DNA from: a virus
Lineage: Duplodnaviria; Caudoviricetes
Virus record (IMG/VR): IMGVR_UViG_3300033407_000088
Location: 1-30,413 of that record
Reading direction: 5' to 3' (one strand)
Length of the DNA stretch: 30,413 nt
The notes under the pieces were generated by a model that saw only the letters and a list, made by a program, of their open reading frames with translations, was not told where the DNA came from and ran no database searches. A program made the position numbers and the translations under genes. Shown one piece after another: positions 26,747 to 30,413 of this stretch (position 1 is the first letter of the stretch; the number at the start of each line of letters is the position of its first letter).

Positions 26747-27175
26747 ATGACAAGAGTCAGTCGTGAAGAGTACGGGAAAGCGGTTATCGACGCCATCAAG
26801 TTAGCCGGGCATGGCACAAGCAGCGGCAGCATAGCGGCTCAAGCTCTCCTGAGTGCATATAACGGCGGGGATTTTCAACTGAATGTAGCCGGGCTCAGTT
26901 GTTTGGACCGGGAAAATTTCGAGATTGTGATGACCGTCATCAAAGGGCGATACGACACAGGAATCGAGCCTCACCGTATGCTTAAAAAAGGCAATGAGAT
27001 ATTCAAAGACCTGTGGAAACGCTGGCATGGCTTGTACGTGGAAGAGAGAGGCAAGGTTGACTGCCCAGCCTGTAAAGGTTTTGGCAAAGTTTACCACGAT
27101 GATGACGACATGGAAGGGCTTGGTTGCGCGAAATGCTCGGGGACCGGACGGGTTTGCAGGTGTCAGGAGCTTTGA
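26747..27175 (+). CDS. Hypothetical protein with C-terminal CxxCxGxG zinc finger
   Basis: GGAGG SD; LLSAYNG motif; CPACKGFG and CAKCSGTG. Confidence 0.7.
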   Translation: MTRVSREEYGKAVIDAIKLAGHGTSSGSIAAQALLSAYNGGDFQLNVAGLSCLDRENFEIVMTVIKGRYDTGIEPHRMLKKGNEIFKDLWKRWHGLYVEERGKVDCPACKGFGKVYHDDDDMEGLGCAKCSGTGRVCRCQEL

Positions 27176-27179
27176 GATT

Positions 27180-27914
27180 ATGGAGGATACTTTGAATGAG
27201 TTGTCTCTTTTTACCGGATCTGGCGGCGGGCTCCTGGGAACCAAATTGCTCGGATTCAAACATATCGGATATGTGGAATGGAATGAACACTGTCAAAAAG
27301 TTATCAGCCAGCGAATTACTGACGGTCTCCTCAATGAGGCGCCAATATTCGGCGATATCGAAAAATTCATCAATGAAGGGTACGCCGGCGCATATTCGGG
27401 CCTGGTTGATATCCTCACGGCAGGATTCCCTTGTCAGCCGTTCGCACCCGGAGGGCTCGGACACGCAGAAAGGGACGAAAGAAACCGTTGGCCTGAAACA
27501 CTTAAATGCATTCGCATTATTCGTCCCCGGGGAATCCTGCTTGAAAACTCGGCAAATCTCATTAATCACGAATACATCAGGCGCATTTTCCGGGACTTGG
27601 CCGAGCTCGGGTATTCTGCGCGATGGGATGTTCTATCAGCTTGCATGTTCGGTGCCCCACACACACGGGAAAGACTGTTCATTGTGGCCTACCCCAACGG
27701 CGAGCATGGGAAAAAGTGGCTGGGGACTCTCGCAAACAAAATATCGATACCGGAAGGACACAACGGAGAGATGTTTGAAAACTGGATGGGCTCCATCTCC
27801 GGAAATGCTGGAAGCGGTGCAGGGGTGGCCGATAGGGTGGAGCGGACTAAAGCCATTGGCAATGGACAAGTACCGCTTGTGGTTCGAAATGTTTTCAAAA
27901 GCTTAGTTTGTTAA
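27180..27914 (+). CDS. C5-cytosine DNA methyltransferase, alpha-type polypeptide (motifs I-VIII and X)
   Basis: LSLFTGSGG (I), GDI, AGFPCQPF (IV), LLENS (VI), GAPHTRERLF (VIII), RTKAIGNGQVP (X); no motif IX. Confidence 0.9.
   Translation: MEDTLNELSLFTGSGGGLLGTKLLGFKHIGYVEWNEHCQKVISQRITDGLLNEAPIFGDIEKFINEGYAGAYSGLVDILTAGFPCQPFAPGGLGHAERDERNRWPETLKCIRIIRPRGILLENSANLINHEYIRRIFRDLAELGYSARWDVLSACMFGAPHTRERLFIVAYPNGEHGKKWLGTLANKISIPEGHNGEMFENWMGSISGNAGSGAGVADRVERTKAIGNGQVPLVVRNVFKSLVC
27196..27906 (+). CDS. Nested +1-frame methyltransferase beta-type polypeptide (TRD-like region and motif IX)
   Basis: 236-codon open frame inside the MTase gene with LWPTPTAS and PSPEMLEAVQGWPIGWS; true start uncertain. 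Confidence 0.75.
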   Translation: MSCLFLPDLAAGSWEPNCSDSNISDMWNGMNTVKKLSASELLTVSSMRRQYSAISKNSSMKGTPAHIRAWLISSRQDSLVSRSHPEGSDTQKGTKETVGLKHLNAFALFVPGESCLKTRQISLITNTSGAFSGTWPSSGILRDGMFYQLACSVPHTHGKDCSLWPTPTASMGKSGWGLSQTKYRYRKDTTERCLKTGWAPSPEMLEAVQGWPIGWSGLKPLAMDKYRLWFEMFSKA

Positions 27915-27949
27915 GGCGGTTAATGAGTGGATAGTAAAGGAGAAAAGTC

Positions 27950-28459
27950 ATGTTAGATGAAATTTTCAAAAGCGTAAGTGAACACATGCACGGCGGTGAG
28001 CAGTGTCCTGGTTGCGGATGCATCGGAGAATGTGCCGCGATGAATTACATGTGTGACGATGTGAACGGCGGCAAAAGTAAGGTCTTTATTGCTGCTCTGT
28101 ATATATGGGACAAGAGTTTCAACGATTCAGAGCAAGTTGCAAAGTGGTTTCTGTCTGCAGGGGCTGATGCGGCGGTTGTAAAAAGTGTCCTTTTTGATAG
28201 CAAGAACGGCGACCGGAACGGGTTTTCCCCTGAAGGTTCCCGTTCGTGGAATGTCGTTTTTTCTATTTCAAAGGAAAAGCTGGCGGCTTTTGACGAAAAA
28301 TTAAAACGTGAAAAATTGGAATCGTGTGGTCTTAGCCACAACCCTTGTCAGGGATGCGAGGCTTTTTATACCGGAGATGACATATCCGGTATGTGTACCA
28401 TGGAGTTTGAGGGGGCGTGCGCCTGGATCGTAAAACACGATGACGCACTTAGCAGATAA
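27950..28459 (+). CDS. Hypothetical Cys-rich protein
   Basis: AAGGAG SD; fits the early operon. Confidence 0.65.
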   Translation: MLDEIFKSVSEHMHGGEQCPGCGCIGECAAMNYMCDDVNGGKSKVFIAALYIWDKSFNDSEQVAKWFLSAGADAAVVKSVLFDSKNGDRNGFSPEGSRSWNVVFSISKEKLAAFDEKLKREKLESCGLSHNPCQGCEAFYTGDDISGMCTMEFEGACAWIVKHDDALSR

Positions 28460-28461
28460 CA

Positions 28462-28656
28462 ATGAAATACCCAAACGAATGCAAATGCGGCAAGCCAACC
28501 CACGGAAGGCGTGTATGCGCAGCCTGTAAAGGTGAGGCACAAAAAAACGATGGCCTATGCCGGGAGTGCGCTGAAAAATTTAATGAATCAGAGGTCTGTT
28601 TTGAAGCAGGTGAACAGGCAAATCTAGGGAGAAAATCAGATGCCGGTATATGTTGA
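28462..28656 (+). CDS. Small Cys-rich hypothetical protein
   Basis: CKC, CAAC and CREC motifs; tight spacing with neighbours. Confidence 0.5.
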   Translation: MKYPNECKCGKPTHGRRVCAACKGEAQKNDGLCRECAEKFNESEVCFEAGEQANLGRKSDAGIC

Positions 28657-28912
28657 TGCACCAATCAACCCTTTTGGCCGCATGATGATGTGTCACATGA
28701 TTGCCGATACTCTGCCGGAACTCCACGCAATGGCTGACAAGATCGGTATTCAGCGAAAATGGTTCCAGAATAAAAGCAGCGTCCCGCATTACGACATCTG
28801 TAAAAGCAAACGGAGTGCAGCACTTAGGCACGGAGCGATTGAAATCGATCGGCAGCAAACTGCCGACCTGATAAGAAAACTACGGCGACCGCTGCAATCA
28901 GCCAAAAATTAA
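28640..28912 (+). CDS. DUF4031-like protein
   Basis: VYVD, CHMIADT..ELHAMA..IG..R.WFQ, HYD and GA motifs. Confidence 0.85.
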   Translation: MPVYVDAPINPFGRMMMCHMIADTLPELHAMADKIGIQRKWFQNKSSVPHYDICKSKRSAALRHGAIEIDRQQTADLIRKLRRPLQSAKN

Positions 28913-28953
28913 CTTAATAATGTCATTGACCGATTCAACCACATCAAAGTATA

Positions 28954-28986
28954 TCCTCCTTGTTGACCAACAATCAGCAAGGAGGA
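28954..28986 (+). promoter_or_regulatory. Hairpin sequestering the integrase Shine-Dalgarno
   Basis: TCCTCCTTGTTGA-N7-TCAGCAAGGAGGA, a 13-bp stem with one G-U pair. Confidence 0.65.
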
Positions 28987-28994
28987 ATATGTGC

Positions 28995-30188
28995 ATGAAG
29001 GGTCGAATCTACACCTCACAAAAATGTTTTAACTGTCAATCACCGCTCAAATATATTGAGGGCCGCGGCTTCCTGCAGTGCGAAACCCACCATGAAATAA
29101 AGTGGACAGGATCCTGCATTGTCCGCTTTGGCCGAACTCACACCAAACGCTTCCAAACAGTCATTGAAGCCGAACGTCACCTTACCTACCTTAGAGTCCA
29201 GACCGACAACGGCAACTTCGATCAAAGGGAATGGGCAAAGAACCAGCCCCTTTCCTTCCTTTCTCTCCGTGAAAATTTTCTTGAATCAAAAACACGATCC
29301 GGTATCACGCCGAAACAAATCCGCCACATAAAACATGTGCTGGATCTTGCCGGGCAGTCCTGGGACACTCTGCAGATTAAAGACATCGCCGAAGGTGAAA
29401 TTGACGATTTTTTCAGTGCTGATCACGGTATAAGCAACAAGACCCTGTCTAACTGGAAAACCGTGATCCATGATTTTTTTGTGTGGGTTGTTCGCCGGGA
29501 AAAAAGAAGATCACAGCTTGAAATGCCGGAATTTCCGGAAATTCATTTCAATATGGAGATGAAAACCATTGTCTCAATCGATGATCAACAAGCAATAATC
29601 GAGGAAGTGAAAAGAATATCATGGCAGTACAACTCGCGGATCTGGCTCGGCATCAAACTGTTGTCGATCTATCCAAGGGTTCGTCCTGGGGAACTGTTGA
29701 ACGTCAAAGAAGGCCATATCAATTTAACAGAGAACTGGATAGTCTTTCCCCAGCCGAAGGAAAAAGAACCAAAATTCATCCACCTTTTGCCCGAGCATTC
29801 GGCACTGATAAAAGAAATCCGGAATATGGCCCCGGCAATGCCCAACGTCTATTTTTTCAGACATCTGAAATCAAGGTCAGGTGTCAATGTCGGCGGCAAG
29901 TTCGGGCCGAAGTATTTGAATGTCTGGTGGAAAAAGGCTTGTAAAAATCTTGGGATTGAAAGCGTTGCAGTTTACGCCGGCACCAAACACTCTACCGTCA
30001 CCGCCCTGGGGAAGATCATGTCACCCGAGCAGATCAAGCACAACGTCACCGGCCATACCTCAAACGCCTTCCAGCGCTATTTTCTCCCGGACCATAACGA
30101 AAAAATCTCGGCTACCAGGATGGTAGCCGAGATGCAGGGTGATCAACATCTGAACAACATAAAATCAGCTACTAAGAAAGCTAAGTAG
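28995..30188 (+). CDS. int: Tyrosine recombinase (phage integrase)
   Basis: RPGEL, TGH and RY catalytic region; adjacent to att; start placed 9 nt after GGAGG. Confidence 0.9.
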   Translation: MKGRIYTSQKCFNCQSPLKYIEGRGFLQCETHHEIKWTGSCIVRFGRTHTKRFQTVIEAERHLTYLRVQTDNGNFDQREWAKNQPLSFLSLRENFLESKTRSGITPKQIRHIKHVLDLAGQSWDTLQIKDIAEGEIDDFFSADHGISNKTLSNWKTVIHDFFVWVVRREKRRSQLEMPEFPEIHFNMEMKTIVSIDDQQAIIEEVKRISWQYNSRIWLGIKLLSIYPRVRPGELLNVKEGHINLTENWIVFPQPKEKEPKFIHLLPEHSALIKEIRNMAPAMPNVYFFRHLKSRSGVNVGGKFGPKYLNVWWKKACKNLGIESVAVYAGTKHSTVTALGKIMSPEQIKHNVTGHTSNAFQRYFLPDHNEKISATRMVAEMQGDQHLNNIKSATKKAK

Positions 30189-30198
30189 CTGATTTTAT
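30159..30198. terminator. Inverted repeat between int and the ssrA 3' end
   Basis: ATAAAATCAGCTACT...AGTAGCTGATTTTAT between convergent genes. Confidence 0.55.
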
Positions 30199-30208
30199 TC
30201 TTCTTCAC

Positions 30209-30240
30209 TGGTGGAGGCGGCGGGAGTCGAACCCGCGTCC
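30209..30240 (-). repeat. Right attachment core
   Basis: Identical to 220..251. Confidence 0.96.
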
Positions 30241-30413
30241 GAAAATGCTCCCCTCCCGTATCTACATGCTTAGTTCCGTACTTAAATTTTCGTGCCGGGA
30301 ACTCAGTCGGAACATAGATTTCCCGGAACTAGTCTGTAAGATCTCGTCCCCTGAAAGACAGGCAACCTTCAGGCGACCAGCCCGTTGAGTCGACGCCCCA
30401 AATCCAGCCTTAC
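30209..30413 (-). ncRNA. ssrA: tmRNA, 3' portion (truncated by the window edge)
   Basis: Minus strand reads ...CTAAGCATGTAGA...TTTCGGACGCGGGTTCGACTCCCGCCGCCTCCACCA, a tmRNA-type 3' end with no tRNA anticodon arm upstream. Confidence 0.92.

Larger units (their letters stand above)
220..30240. mobile_element. P2-superfamily (HP1/K139-like) temperate prophage integrated in ssrA
   Basis: Complete head, tail, lysis, immunity, replication and integrase modules between identical 32-bp repeats that match the tmRNA 3' end. Confidence 0.96.

Noticed and set aside
27180-27914. Methyltransferase pseudogene or restriction-modification system
   Set aside because: Both frames are uninterrupted and complementary in motif content, and no restriction endonuclease is recognisable nearby.

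Overview
The window is almost entirely one apparently intact ~30 kb temperate prophage (220..30240) of the P2 superfamily with HP1/K139-type tail genes. It is integrated at the 3' end of the host tmRNA gene (ssrA, minus strand, running off the right edge) and flanked by a perfect 32-bp direct repeat. Gene order: att - palindromic iteron region (candidate origin) - Ogr-like activator - portal - terminase - head - contractile tail with an embedded lysis cassette - baseplate/fibre - candidate cos - hicAB - BRCT protein/PAS-like ORF/repressor - Cro/Cox - CII - primase-helicase - ASCH - Zn-finger protein - C5 DNA methyltransferase - small ORFs - tyrosine integrase - att/ssrA. The most notable observations are: (1) an orphan cytosine methyltransferase split across two fully nested reading frames, as in M.EcoHK31I alpha/beta; (2) a hairpin that hides the integrase Shine-Dalgarno; (3) a ~310-bp mirror-symmetric GGTGA/TCACC array; (4) a repressor - PAS-like - TerB-repeat/BRCT operon that may be a sensing or defence module; (5) a HicA gene and a -1 frameshift tail-chaperone extension missing from the ORF track. 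All product calls come from motif recognition and gene order; no database searches were run.
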